Shown: piece after piece, positions 1 to 13,426 of the stretch
Layout: the number at the start of each line of letters is the position of its first letter
Position numbering within the stretch: the stretch's first letter is position 1
NCBI RefSeq assembly: GCF_026571515.1
Contig: NW_026862025.1
Location: forward strand, 62,001 to 126,000
DNA: 64,000 nt
Direction of reading: 5' to 3'
From: Ruditapes philippinarum
Lineage: Eukaryota
Notes under the pieces: generated by a model
Databases searched by the model: none
Seen by the model: the letters and a program-made list of their open reading frames with translations, nothing else
What the model was told of the DNA's origin: nothing
Made by a program: the position numbers and the translations under genes

Positions 1-899
1 AACACATGATATCTAATAATTACACGAAAGCTCTCAAATTAACATAGAATATTTGTAAAATTTGTGTATGTCAGTTTCCAACTCCGTACGTTTAGCTAAA
101 TTCATCATTGTAATGGAGAAGAAAAAAACATGATTACAACAATGTAATGCTTTAAATATATTGAAATTGCTTTTGAAAGATTTTTCTCAGAAGGACATAT
201 GTGAACAACAAGAAATTTAACAAACAAACCCATAATTTGCTTTTAAATTTATGGATTGTTGGTATATTCCACTTTCGCACTTTCGTTGCTGCCGATACAC
301 AAAAAAAAATCTCCGTTTCGCTTTTTAGTCATCCGGAGAATCATCACGTGACCGTTGTTTTTATTCAGATTTGCAAACTGAAAGGTGTTTAAACGCTTTT
401 CCCACAAAATTGGAGAAAATATGTATTTCAAACGATTTGCCAATCCAAAGAACACATATCAATGTATCACTGATTATGTTTGAATGTCCCTTACACGCAG
501 GTAACAAAAAATTATCGGTTCGTGAAATTTTACTTTTTTTTGTGACATTCGGCCGTACCTCAGTGGAGTACCTTTAATAGTAACTGACGCTGTCCGGACG
601 GTTTGAATAATTTCACATTCATCTCAATATAAGAGATATTTTCAATTTTGTTGCCTGATCTATCAGGTTCTAAAGAAATACTCTATATTTGACATGTTCC
701 CAGCTGTGGCATTAATCATTCTATTTGCTGAAAGTACAATTTTTCCAATAACAAAATTAGTAGGGTGATGAAAATTACCGCTAAAAGTCAGAGGCCTGTC
801 AATATCTTTAATATCAGAGCAAACACACATGCTGACTATATTGACCAAGAACACAGCAAAATACTGAGTGTTTTAGATATACGTGGATTAAATAAATGA

Positions 900-1237
900 A
901 AGATATTGAATGAGTGTAGATTTAATACTAAATTTATTAAACGAGTAAAATAAAATCATATTTTGCGAGCCTGTGGCGAGCATAATATTTGTTTTATTCA
1001 AAGAGTTCAATACATTTAGTATTTAATCTACAGGAATACAGTGTTCTGTTGATCACTTAGTCAAAAAGTGAAAACTTTACTGTTAAAAATAATCTGTTTT
1101 CATTGGCGCGCCTACAGTGTAACGTGAACATTAGCGCGCTTTAACCATAAATTTGCATATAACGCATTTGACGTGTAATATTGTTTTTATTAAATTACTT
1201 TATAACACTCCGACGCCGTAATTTATGTGATAAATAG
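900..1237 (+). mobile_element. Palindromic non-autonomous interspersed repeat (same family as 8653-9009 and 60268-60606)
   Basis: Starts GATATTGAATGAGTGTAG, has a long imperfect 5' palindrome and ends ATGTGATAAAT. Matches the better-preserved copy at 60268-60606. Confidence 0.75.
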
Positions 1238-1878
1238 ATTTACTTGTATTTTACGTAGAATTGTAAAAGCAAAATATGTCCGTCGGAATTTAAGGTTCAT
1301 TCAATTTAACCTTGTATTTGATTAATGACCACTTTTATGCAATGTTTCACGTAATCGTATCGATCATGATTGCGGCGTAACAGCTTTCACACGCATCAAA
1401 CAAAGAGAAAAACTTGCATTTTTACATATTATTAGGTATGTTAGAGTAACATATTTTCATCGTAATTTAAGACAAAAGTACTGTAATCCTTCTAAAATTC
1501 TAAAAGATAATACTTTTTTTATATATAACAGTTTCTCTTATTTCAAATAATAAATTTAATTCATATCACTTTAAAAAATTTAAGCAATATATTTCAATAT
1601 TATTAAGTAATATTATTTGTCAGAAACTTCTAATATAATTATAGATAAACATCGATAAAAATATACAGATATCAAGCAGCTGTCAAGTAGAATAAAAAAT
1701 ATAATAACTAATTTGAATACTATATTAAATAAAAATTGAGGTAAACAAACCTGGGTGATACATTCTTCCGCAATTTCTCTAGTACAAATGATCTCCAACA
1801 TTCAGTAACGTGGACTTTTGTCCTTCAACGCTGATTCTATTAACTTAATCAATTTATGTTAGAAGTCGATAACTTAAA

Positions 1879-2070
1879 GGAGTCGTCCGTGGCCGAGTGG
1901 TTAAGGTCGTTGACTTCGAACTTTTGTAACCGCACGTCGTTGGTTCTACTTAGGTGGCCATTTCTGCCTGGAATAAAGCACAGGCGTTGGGGCAGCTGAA
2001 GGAGTCTTCTTCCACAAATAAAACTAGACATTCGCTTTGTGACCTATATTGTGTTAATGTGACATACCAC
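1879..2070 (+). mobile_element. tRNA-derived SINE (Meta-SINE-like), internally deleted
   Basis: Pol III A-box TGGCCGAGTGGTTAAGG. Body GGTTCTACTTAGGTG...GGAGTCTTCTTCCAC resembles the Meta domain of mollusc SINEs (from memory, not a database search). LINE-like 3' end TGACCTATATTGTGTT. No complete tRNA cloverleaf. Confidence 0.7.
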
Positions 2071-3223
2071 ACCCCGCCAACTCCAAATCCCCCCCCCCCC
2101 CCGAAAAAAAAATGTAAAAATAAAAATTTAAAAAAAGATCGGTTAAATCGGTTACGTAGGCCATCCTCTGGTAAATGATCATAATATAGGTAAAAAACAT
2201 TTTAATTAATAGAAATTAAGAGAAATAATAATATTATGATAAAAACAATTTACATATTGAAATGCACTTTTCAAAACACAGTAACAATATGTTTGTCTAA
2301 TAGTTTTTAATAAAAACTAAATAAATGAAAATGGCAGAAACTCATTGAAAATGGTATATTTTATAAAAACCATCTCTACACTGCGTTAGAAAAGAGATAT
2401 TGTTAAATTGCAATATCAATTTTGTAACAAAATGGAATAAAACAATTTGAAACCGGAAAAGAAAGATCATTCGAAAACAAAGAAAAGACACAATTTACAA
2501 AGAAAACACTCATTTTTAGTCAGTCTGTTTTTTTCTGATAATGGAAAATGCATTTGTTTCTCTCACTGAAATTAATGGAATCAATCTCAAAATTCCAAAG
2601 GATAAGAAATGTAACAACACCAATGTGTCATACGGCACAAATTTCTACAATTGTCACTTCGAATTCAATAGATTTGCACCAATTTAGTTATTTCTTATTC
2701 CCTAGGGAATTGTACTTTTTCCTTTTCTTTTTTATTTATCTATTTTTTGTTTACCAAAGATATTGGAAAGTGTTGTGTAGAGATCGTCATTTAAATGCAG
2801 GCACATTGATGATTCATCATGATAATTTATTTAATGCCTTCATAGGCGAAATAAACTTTGTTATCTGCTTCAGCCGATGTTATTGGAATGACAGTTGTTC
2901 CTTTTTCCCTTAATATAATGACATTTAAAGTCTCTGTCAAATCTATTCTGTTTTTTTTTCACCTGCCCTCTGTAGTTGTCATTTCTCATGTTGGATTTCC
3001 TTTTTACTAGAGTTTCAATACCTGCGCATGCGGTAGTTTTTCTTGTAATTTTTATTTGACAATGCTACTTTTCTGAAAATTGAAAATATCTGACTTTCTA
3101 AAGATTTGAATCTTTTCGGTTAAATCATTATTTTGCAGTATGTTAGCAACAATAAATACATATCTCCAAGTATACATGTGAATGCAATATATAAATGTTC
3201 ACATGCTATGCACGCTTGTTTTC

Positions 3224-3372
3224 GCTACATTGTGACGTCATGTAAACAACTCTTTAAACGTCTGTACAGCGTTAATTACTCAATTAAATATTGGCGTTCG
3301 GATTAAATTTCTTAGTTAGACCATTTTCTATCATGCTAGATAGTTTTCAAAACAAAGTTCAAGAAAAAGTTG
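3224..3372 (-). repeat. Inverted fragment of the interior of the Harbinger-like MITE at 15384-16153
   Basis: GCTACATTGTGACGTCATGTAAACAACTCTTT...TTTTCAAAACAAAGTTCAA is the reverse complement of about 15590-15732. Confidence 0.85.
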
Positions 3373-3569
3373 TTTTGTATTTATCAGATTTTCCAAACAA
3401 AACGGCGAAAGAAGTCCCTGAAAATAAATATGAGTTTTGACTCCGCCCACTTTCATATTTATATTTCATATTTATTTTTTAAAAATATGAAATATATATT
3501 TGACTGATATAGCACCATATTTCATGGGTAAAATTAAATAATATGTGGGATTACCGAGACAAATGTATA

Positions 3570-4430
3570 GCAATCAACCACAAATTTACATTAAATGTTT
3601 TACATGTTCGCTAATAATATTTGCTAAAAACGATTTTATATTCATACACAATTATATGCGTTTTTTTTAAATATAACCAAAAGTTTGTTTTAAACAAAAC
3701 AGAATAAATCTACTATACGCGTGTACCTGATGAAGAATTTTGAGTCGAAACGTTGTGATTAAAAAAAATCAATACATTTTTAAATGTAAACTGGAGTGCC
3801 CTTCTATATTCATATTTACATTGTTTTTTATACAAATATTTAACTTAGAGATAATTTGCTAATATATTGTAGAGTTAACTAAAAAAGGGATAACATGAAG
3901 TAGCTTTGACAATGCAATAATCATTTTCCATATGGAGTCATATTTTAAAATAAACTACATAATATGATGAATTAAAACATTAGCAAATGTAGGATGCTCA
4001 GAATGTATGCTCATACGTATGATGTGACATGCAAGAATAATTATGTGAGATTTAAGCACATGTACTTAAAATTATGCATGTAATTTACTTGAAATATAAT
4101 CATATATAATTAAAATATAAATAAGATAAGATACCGGAACATTTTTTTTCTTTGTTATATCAAACAGATCTATTGTTATCAAACTCTTTTGAATTATATA
4201 AATATTTTAAGAAATTATTTCCCAGGCAAGATGCATGTCATTTTAACTATAGCCTGCTGGAGCCGGAAGTAATTATAAGTCTGACAAGCTCGCGAGACAG
4301 TAATATGTACTTCTGGTAAGACATACAGGTCAATAAAAGATAGTTCTCTGCTAAATATTCAAAATGTTTTTGTGTTAGTAACTTAGTCACTTAAGTGACA
4401 CTTTTCGGAAAAAAATTCCCAGATATTTTG
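3570..4430 (+). repeat. Local segmental duplication, block 2 copy A (paralogue of 16452-17778)
   Basis: CAATCAA(C/T)CACAAATTTACATT through GATATTTTGA is colinear with 16452-17778, apart from insertions in the second copy. Confidence 0.88.
3727..3755 (+). ncRNA. Minimal hammerhead-ribozyme-like motif (Penelope-type relic)
   Basis: CTGATGA-AGAATTTTGAGTC-GAAAC-GTTG has both hammerhead core boxes around a short stem II. The paralogue at 16676-16702 has a perfect GAC/GTC stem II. Confidence 0.45.
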
Positions 4431-5388
4431 ATACTAACTAACACCAATAGCTCATGTCGAATTGAGTGATCTTACCATTCGAACTTCCCGTATTGGACAC
4501 TGTGATATTCAATACAATTATTATTCTAACATTTAACGTTTGAATGTGCAAAACCTTATTCTATGTCATGCCAATCAAGAAAAAGGTATCAAAATTATGT
4601 CTTAAAATGACTTTCAAAGATAATTCATAGCAAATAGTTCAGTCAATATTATTTTGCATTTTCGTAAAATAATTTGCATTAAGAATAAATGTATTATTTT
4701 ACCAGATTTTACCTGTTTTTTTTATTTGATAAGAAACAAAGTGTTACCATGTAATTCGTGATATTTGTTGTAATGAAGCATAGTAATCACGAGTAGAGTA
4801 CTGTTTAATGTACGAATAAAACAAATGAAAAAAAAATACAACGTTTTTGCAATTTCGATCCCACCTGGTTGAACATGCGGATGCAATTTGCTAAAATGGA
4901 TTGATATATAACGACAATTGAAACAAAAACATATGTTTTATTGCGTCTGTGTGTATTTGCAGATACACCTTGGTCATAAACCTGTTGTTTTATATCGTAG
5001 ACAACATCATGTGTTATGGTACAGAAATATGATCGGCATTGTAGACAATTCTATTTTTTACATGATATTTTATGGTGAATTTGAGTGAAATAAAAAAGTT
5101 TAAGAATACAATATCTTTGCACATAAAAAATCAACAGGCAGTAAATCATTCATATACTTTCTGATTTAATCAGGTTTGCATATTCTGTAGACAAGTACAT
5201 TAAAGATAGTTCATACATTTTATAATACCATATTCATCAATAAAATTGTATGGCTCCTTCTTTTCAGCAATCTATTCATAAAACAGACATGAAAAACTCT
5301 GGTCTGTCATCTTTGTACATTATATTGCATTGAACTGTTAAAGTGATAGATTGTAAAGATAAAGAATGTGTTCGTTGTATATATCATA

Positions 5389-5956
5389 CAGTAGAAACCC
5401 TACTTAAGACCAACCCGGATTCAAGACCAGTCCGCTATTAAAGAACGCAATTTTCTGTTGTTGTTTTTTACGTCATTGGTAAGATATCTTATCTACAACT
5501 AAGATCACTCCGTTTATCCATTATTAAAACCACATGTTTCAGTCCCAGTACAGAATTTTATTCTTTATCTGACCACTATTGAGACCAATGATAATGCAGT
5601 CAACACCTAGTTAGACCACAAGTTTGCTCTTATTATCTGCTTAAATGCTCTTAGGCATGTCACTTCATGACAATAATTCAATCTTAAATATCAAGTTTCT
5701 TTAAATTTTGTTTGGCTCAATCAAACCGAGCCTGCAACATTTTCAATTTTGCCGTGTTGGGCTTACTTAAGGGATTCTTATTCATCTCTATTCTATTTGC
5801 TCTCATCAGAATGAATATTATAACATATTTTATAGTAGTATTTGAAGGTTATGACACATATCATAAGAACATGTTCATACATATTTACCAAAACCGAATA
5901 TATAATGTCGACTTTGGTTCAGTCCCGTTGGTGGTCTTAAAAGAGGGGCTTCACTC
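5389..5956. mobile_element. Degenerate Tc1/mariner (pogo/Tigger-like) MITE
   Basis: TA-CAGTAGAAACCCTACTTAAGACCA at left and TGGTCTTAAAAGAGGGGCTTCACTC at right form an imperfect inverted pair. AAGACCA subterminal motifs repeat. The right TA target duplication is not preserved. Confidence 0.5.
5714..5790 (-). repeat. Dispersed stem-loop element, partial copy 1
   Basis: GGCTCAATCAAACCGAGCCTGCAACATTTTCAATTTTGCCGTGTTGGGCTT...GGGATTCTTATT matches 54272-54345 and 6382-6450. Confidence 0.8.
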
Positions 5957-6333
5957 CAACATAGTTCAACACAGGAGAGTAACATTAAGCAAATATATAT
6001 ACAGCTTGCATCATTTACGAAACGAAGAAAATTTGGGTAGTTTGTATGCATAATATTGTGCATGTTACCTATTTTCTAGTAATCCTGTAACAACTTTTAA
6101 AAAACTTAGTGCATCCAATTAGTTCAAATGGAATAACTTAATTAAAATTCAAATCGTTTAGGTTATAAATACATTATGATTGTAAACATAGTACAATTCA
6201 ACAAGCGGAAACACGTAACTACCAAGTATGTGTATATTTCAGAGTTCGTTTCCAATAGAAATTCCTTTTGCAGTCTGAAGTTATTATTTCATTAACTTGA
6301 AAAACGTCAAATCTTATATATTGTTGTCAGCTT

Positions 6334-6450
6334 TGCTAGGGGTGTGGGCGGTAGCTAGCATTTACCACGAGAGTCCAAAAACAGGCTCAAGAAAATTGAG
6401 CCTGCAACGTTTTCAATTGTGCCATAAAGGATTCTGATTTTTTTTTCTCT
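6334..6450 (-). repeat. Dispersed stem-loop element, copy 2
   Basis: TGCTAGGGGTGTGGGCGGTAG...CAGGCTCAA-GAAAA-TTGAGCCTG-CAACGTTTTCAATT...GGATTC. Perfect 9-bp stem at 6382-6404. Confidence 0.75.
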
Positions 6451-8652
6451 CTTGCACAAACATCTATCCAATTCATTTTATTAGAAAACCTTCTGATTTA
6501 AGTCTAATAAAGGGAATCTATAGGGGGATAAATAATTCGACACAATATGGTGCCGTCGTTTATTGTGTGCGTTCATTGATAAAGTACTTTAAAGTAACCT
6601 AATATTCAAAGACTTTAATATTTCTTCAAATATATGGTTGAACTTAGTGAATTCATTTCTCTCTGAGACCCTCCCAAAACTTTTTTGGACATTAATTGTT
6701 TCCATCTATTCTTTCGAAAAGGGTTTTATTGAAATAAAATTTACAGCGGCTGTCTGCATTCAGACAAACTAATTCTCGCGTTTCATATTAGTTTATCTTA
6801 AGGGGTTTAAATCACAAAGGATATTGAAAAAGAAATAGATTTAGAAAATGGGAAGACCTGTATAATTTATAAAATTGAATTTATTTGAAAAAAGATTGTG
6901 TTACCATTAAACAATACAGATGAGATAGAAATCGATATGTGTGTATGCAGGTGCAAACTAGTGTCCATATCTTCTAGCACAGTCAATAGTTTCGAAAGAA
7001 AACTCACTTTTATAAATTTTTAACACATGGCTAATACATGTATAACGTTTTTTTAATAAGCTTTTTAGAGAGCGTAAATATGCCAATTTATACAAATACA
7101 ATTACTGGATAACATAATTTATACAAATACAATTACTGTCAAGCAAATAGTGGACTGATTTCGACAGAAAAGTTATATCAGTTTTTATCAGAAGGCTAGC
7201 TAGTATGCAGGTGTTTACAAGGTCTTAAAATAGTGTTTATATTCCAATTTATAGAAATATTATGATAACTGAATAACTGAATTTAAACAAATACCACTAC
7301 TGTCAAGCAAATAATTGACTGTTGTACGTTTTCATTTCATAGTAGATTTTTGCGAGCCAATATTGACAAGTAAATTCAAAATAGTGTACATACATCATAA
7401 CAGTATGTGAACCTTGTACTTGGTCTCGCTTGCGTCATAAACACTTATCTATTTATACGGATACATTTTATGTTCATACATTACAAAAAAACCGTCATAT
7501 CACCGCAATATCACAAGAACAAAAGAGTTATTAGTTATATAAACAAGTCACCAGGTAATTCAGATTCGATTTCAATCATCAGTAACATTTCAAAATTTCT
7601 GAAAAGAAAGACTACTATACATGAAAGCTAAATCATTGTGAAACGGTTAGATTTGCTTTGATATGTGAGGCATTTTATTAAAAATAAAGAAATCGATGCA
7701 ACTAAACACGTATTTCAATCTATGTACCCAAAGACACTTAAATACAGCATAATAATATATGTTTCTTATACGTGTAGAAGGAAGGAACTTAATATACATT
7801 ACCATAAAATATTGAGAGAAGATGATACCTTTCAAGAGTGATGATACAAAAGTAAATACGTACAACGTTACAATGGTTTCATTATGAGAGACAGTCAAAA
7901 GGTAGGAGTGTACATTAAGTCGAGTTGTTCAACATGGATAGGGTAAATGCGTTTATGCGGGAAAATATGTAAGGAAAACAAATTTAATTAATACCGTCGT
8001 CAGAGAAGTTAACCGTACAAAACACTTACCTTTTATCTGCCAAAATTTTGTTATAGATTTGCTAAGCTTTTAATTAAGATCAATCCTTTAAATTTATGGA
8101 TTTTATTACTTAAATACTACAAGATGGATGTTCAGTGTGCCTTGGCTCTCTCCTGGTGGCAAATGTTTAGTATTTCGGGTTCATTAATCTTGTTTTAATG
8201 TATTTTCATACAATCAGTGTTAGCGCTATTTCTACTCCTGTAAAAAAAACATGTATTGTGTCCCATTCTAAAGGATAAATGTCAACGTTAGGCATTGTGT
8301 CAGTATATTCTAAATATTACGCTTATCGTAACTGACGCTGTTCGGACGGTTTGAGTAATTTCACATTATCTCTATACCAGAAATGTTTTCAATTTTGTAG
8401 CTAGATCTGTCAGGTTCTTAAGAAATACTCTATACTTGGCATGTCCCCAGCTGTGGCATTAATCATTCTATTTGCTAAAAGTACAATCTTTTCAGTAACA
8501 AAATTAGTAGGGTGGTGGAAAATACCGCTAAAAGTCAGAGACCTGTCAAAATCTTTAATATTAGAGCAAACACACATGCCGACTGTATTGATCAAGGATA
8601 CAGCAAAATGCTGTTTGTTTTAGATAAGGGAATATATGAGGATGAAATATAC

Positions 8653-9009
8653 AGAGGATATTAAATGGGTGTAGGTTTAATACTAAATGTATTGAAGGAG
8701 TTGAATGAAATAATTTTATGAGAGCCTCTGGCGAGCATATTAATTGTTTTATCATGTGTTTATTCAACGAGTACAATACATTTATAGTATTGAATGTACA
8801 TGAATGCAATGGTATGTTTATCACATGTTCAAAAAGTGAGCAGTTTACTGTTAAAAAGAATAATATTATGTTTTCATTTTCATGCCTTAAGTTTAATGCT
8901 AACATAAGCGCGTTTTAACCATATGTTTGCATATAACGCAATTGACGTGTAATATTTTTTTTGTTAAATGACTTTATTACACTTCTACTCCGTAATTTAT
9001 GTGATAAAT
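8653..9009 (+). mobile_element. Palindromic non-autonomous interspersed repeat, copy inside the duplication
   Basis: Runs AGAGGATATTAAATGGGTGTAG to ATGTGATAAAT, with the same architecture as 60268-60606. Confidence 0.75.
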
Positions 9010-9525
9010 AGATTAACTTGTATTACGTAGGTATGTAAGAGCAAAATATTTCCGTCGGAATTTAAGGTGCATTCAATTTAACCTTGTATTTGATTAATGA
9101 CCACTTTTATGCAACGTTTCCCGTAATTGTATCAATCATCCTTCTTAAATTCTAAAAGATATAAATTTTATTATATATAACAGTTTCTCTTATTTCAAAT
9201 AATAAATTTAATTTAAATCACTTTTAAGCAACATACCTCAAAATTATTTAATAATACTATTATTTGTCAGAAACTTCTAATATAATTATAGATAAACATC
9301 GATGAAAATATACAGATATCTAGAAGTTGTCAAGTAGAATAAAAATATAATAACTCATTTGAATACTATATTTAATAAAAATTGTGGAAGACAAACCTAG
9401 GTGTTACATTCTTCCGCAATTTCACTAATACAAGTGATCTCGAACATTTAGTAACGTGGACGTTTGTCCTTCAACGCTGATCCTATAAGTTTAATCAATT
9501 TGGGTTCGAAGTCGATTACTTAAAT

Positions 9526-9715
9526 GGGTCGTACATGGCCGAGTGAATAAGGTCGTTGACTTCGAACTACTGTAACAGCACGTCGTTGGTTCTACTTAGG
9601 TGCCCGTTTCTGCATGAAATAATACACAGAGGGAGAGCTGAGGGAGTCTTCTTCCACAAATAAAGCTGGACATTCGCTTTGTGACATATTGTGTTGGTGC
9701 GACATACCAAACCCC
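9526..9715 (+). mobile_element. tRNA-derived SINE (Meta-SINE-like), paralogous copy
   Basis: Same position within the duplicated block: TGGCCGAGTGAATAAGG...GGTTCTACTTAGGTGCCCG...GGAGTCTTCTTCCAC...GTGTTGGTGCGAC. Confidence 0.7.
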
Positions 9716-12586
9716 GCTCGCTCCAAACCCCCCAAAAATAAAAAAATAAAAATAAAATCGGTTAAATCGGTTAAGTAGGCCCTCCACTGATATATGGTCA
9801 TAATATAGGTTAAAAACATTTTAATCGATAAAAATTAAACTGACTTCTCTTGTCTTCACCATTTCAATATTTATATACTTTATTGTTTTCGAATTGACGC
9901 TAAGAGAAATAATAATATCATGATAACAAGTCACATATTGAAATGCACTTTTCAAATCAAAGTAGCAATATGTCATGTATGTTTGTCTAATAGTTTTTAA
10001 TAAATACTAAATAAATGAATATGCCAGAAACTCATTGAAAATGATATATCTTATAAAAACCATCTCAACACTGCGTTAGGACAGAAATACGACGTATTGT
10101 TAAATTTCAATATCAACTGTTTAACAGAATGAAATTAAACAATTTGAAACCGGGACAGAAATGACATTCGAAAAAAAGAAAACACACCATTAACAAAGAA
10201 AACACTATATTTAAGTCAGTCTGTTTATTTTAGATAATGGAAAATGCATCAGTTTCTCTCAATGATATAACATGAATCAATCTCCAGATTCCAAAGGATA
10301 AGAAATGTAAAAAATGTGTTATACATACACACTTCAAAAATTATTGTCACTTCGAATTCAATAGATATGCACCAAATTAGTTATTTTCATTCTCTCTAGA
10401 AAAGGTTTACATTTATTTATTTTTTTTACCAAAGAAATTGGAAAGTGTTGTGCAGAGGTCGTCCCAGTTCATTTACGTGCAGCACATTGATGATTCATCA
10501 TGATAATTTATTTAATAACTTCATTGGCGAAATAAATTTTGTTAACTGCTTCAGTCGGTGTTATTGGAATGAAAGTTGTTCCTTTTTCCATTAAGATAAT
10601 ATCATTTACAGTATCTGTCTTTAGTCTGTTTTTCCACCTACTCGCTGTAGTTATCATTGCTCTTGTCGGATTTCCTCTTTACTAGAGTTTCAATACCTGT
10701 GCATGAGGTGTTTTTCTTGTTATTGTTATTTGACGATGTTACTTTTTGGAAAATTGAAAATATCTAACTTTCTAAAAATTTGAATCCTTTCGGTTTAATC
10801 ATATTTTGCGGCACGTAAGTAAAAATAAAAACATATCTCCAAGTATACATGTGAATGCAAAATATAAATGTTCACATGCTATGAACGCTTGTTTTCCTTT
10901 TAACGTAAAAGCGTAGATTGTATTAATTGCGTTAATTATTCCTTTAATGAAGTAAAGCTTTCCCAAAACATATTAAGGAAGAAGACACATGCCTGTAAAA
11001 GTCAGCAAGAGGTCAGATTGCCGTCAATATTTCCATTTTAAAGTAAACACTCGTGACAAAAACATTAATTAGGAGCATGGAAAGTAAAATCATTAATCTA
11101 GCTGAGATCAAAAACTTTTTAAGTCCCACGTATGGCAATAGTTCATAAAGTTTATGGACTTCAAATTCAATTATATTTTAAAAATCATTATTAGAAATGT
11201 GTTTGAAAGAACGAAAGTGACGTCAAAAGTCCACAATATTTAATGATTAACACGGATAAACACGCAAATTAACGTGTGTTGTGATTAAATTTAGGTAATA
11301 ACAATTTAAATGTTTAAAGATAATGACGGAGAAGTTAGCTAAATGAATAAAAAAAATGAATAAAAAAATTAATTAATTAATAATTGATTGATTAATTTAT
11401 CAATTGGCCCAATTTCATGGTGACTAGCCACTGCAATATCGCGGAACATTATGGCAATATAAGACACGTGGCCTCTCGATGCCCGCATATTAAACGTGCT
11501 TTTACCAGCAAGGTGATTTCGTCTGTTAGTTTATTATTTCTACGTTTTATTTTCAAGAAATCCTGAACCTGAACAGTCAAGATATGTAATTGTGTCAATC
11601 AAACGATACAAATAACAACAATGAGATTTAATGCCAGTACAGAAAATATGAACTTTTGTTTTGTTTACGTAGTTCGTTGCTTTTTGGCATAGCGTTTGCC
11701 GTTTTCAAAACACTAAAATATAGAAGTTGAAATAAAGGTGGCTAAAAGTTCAAGGCAGTTAAAGAACGCTGGAGAAAGCAATTTTATTTTCAACGGCAAT
11801 ACACCGGCTGTGTCAACTTTCGATCATTAAGTATGAGTGAAAGCTTTCCTATGACGAACCTTAGTCGTTAATTAAATTGCCACATGGAGTCAAAATAGCT
11901 GGAATATGTCATTGTAGCAATTACCAAAGTAAATACTCGTGACGCCAACATCTTATAACAACACGGCACATTTTGTCATTTATGGAGCGAGAAGTAAATG
12001 AAGCCAACATGGTATTTTTTATTAAAACTGCTTCAAGTCAAATATTAGATAAATGACACGAATGAGAATTTAGTTAATATTTTCTTTCCTTATTAAATTG
12101 CTTGGTATGGAACGCCTGGACTGTCTTATGTGTAGAATGACTGATATACATGGTTAAATGTGATTCTGTTGAGTCCGAGATACAATATGCTGGGTCAAAA
12201 TCCCAATATACTGGGTGGAAATCCAAATGCTCTCAGTTATTGAAGTGTAATGTTGTGTGCTGATTACATTTTATTCAGTCAAGTCAATGTATTGTCGGGT
12301 GCATAAGTCGTTCTGTTCAGTTCTTAAAACAAACAGGCATGTGGTAACACAATTATGTTGAGTTAAAAAGATATGTTGTAGGGTATGACAGTTGTTATGT
12401 TCGGTTAAAATAGCTCTTCTCATCATGTTCAACCATGAAAATAAACTGTTGAGTGGTACTATCATTTCGTTTGGCTGAGGTAGTGTATTATTTGGTGATC
12501 CTTTTATTATTTTCAGTTGCAATGACATGCTGTTGGGTGCTTTATTCAGACTGTTCAGTCGTGAAATAGAACTGTTGAATAGTACT

Positions 12587-13426
12587 ATCATTATGTTCAG
12601 TTCAGATGATGTACTGCTCGGTGCAGAGGTCATTGTGTTCAGTTGTGAACACAAACTGTTGTATGATACCGTCATTATGTTCAGTTCAGATGACATACTG
12701 TTCGGTGCAGAGGTCATTATGTTCAGTTCAGATGATGTACTGTTCGGTGCAGAAGTCATTATGTTCAGTTCAGATGACGTACTGTTCGGTGCAGAGGTCA
12801 TTATGTTCAGTTCAGATGATATACTGTTCGGTGCAGAAGTCATTATGTTCAGTTCAGATAATATACTGTTCGGTGCAGAAGTCATTATGTTCAGTAGTGA
12901 ACACAAACTGTGGTGTGATACCGTCATTATGTTCAGTTCAGATGATATCCTGTTTGGTGCAGAGGTCATTATGTTCAGTAGTGAACACAAACTGTGGTGT
13001 GATACCGTCATTATGTTCAGTTCAGATGATATACTGTTCGGTGCAGAAGTCATTCTGTTAAGTAGTGAACACAAAATGTTGTGTGATACCGTTATTATGT
13101 TCAGTTCAGATGACATACTATTCGGTGCAAAAGTCATTATGTTCAGTTCAGATGATGTACTGTTCGGTGCAGAGGTCATTATGTTCAGTTCAGATGATAT
13201 ACTGTTCGGTGCAGAAGTCATTATGTTCAGTTCAGATAATATACTGTTCGTTGCAGAAGTCATTATGTTCAGTAGTGAACACAAACTGTGGTGTGATACC
13301 GTCATTATGTTCAGTTCAGATGATATCCTGTTTGGTGCAGAGGTCATTATGTTCAGTAGTGAACACAAACTGTGGTGTGATACCGTCATTATGTTCAGTT
13401 CAGATGATATACTGTTCGGTGCACAA
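12587..13426. repeat. 42-bp (2 x 21 bp) tandem array, 20 units, in the left arm of the foldback element
   Basis: Unit A is GTCATTATGTTCAGTTCAGATGATATACTGTTCGGTGCAGAA and unit B is GTCATTATGTTCAGTAGTGAACACAAACTGTGGTGTGATACC. Confidence 0.95.

Larger units (their letters stand above)
580..3223 (+). repeat. Local segmental duplication, block 1 copy A (paralogue of 8328-10896)
   Basis: Colinear similarity from TAACTGACGCTGT(C/T)CGGACGGTTTGA to ATGTTCACATGCTATG(C/A)ACGCTTGTTTTC in both copies, including the same embedded SINE and palindromic repeat. Confidence 0.92.
8328..10896 (+). repeat. Local segmental duplication, block 1 copy B
   Basis: Direct, colinear, diverged copy of 580-3223 with scattered substitutions and small indels. 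Confidence 0.92.

Noticed and set aside
663-854. Conserved small protein (also 8410-8595)
   Set aside because: Similarity is explained by the duplication. Many amino-acid changes, no recognisable domain and no clear splice sites.
1879-1960. tRNA gene
   Set aside because: Has an A-box but no intact T arm or acceptor stem, and continues into a SINE body. The same applies to 9526 and 48553.
3420-3519. Second IS3EU-like end (…ATAGCACCATA)
   Set aside because: No inward-facing partner end or TSD was found, so it remains unsupported.
12587-13426. CRISPR-like array
   Set aside because: No unique spacers, no cas genes, eukaryotic context. The same applies to the 167-bp array at 55473-56930.
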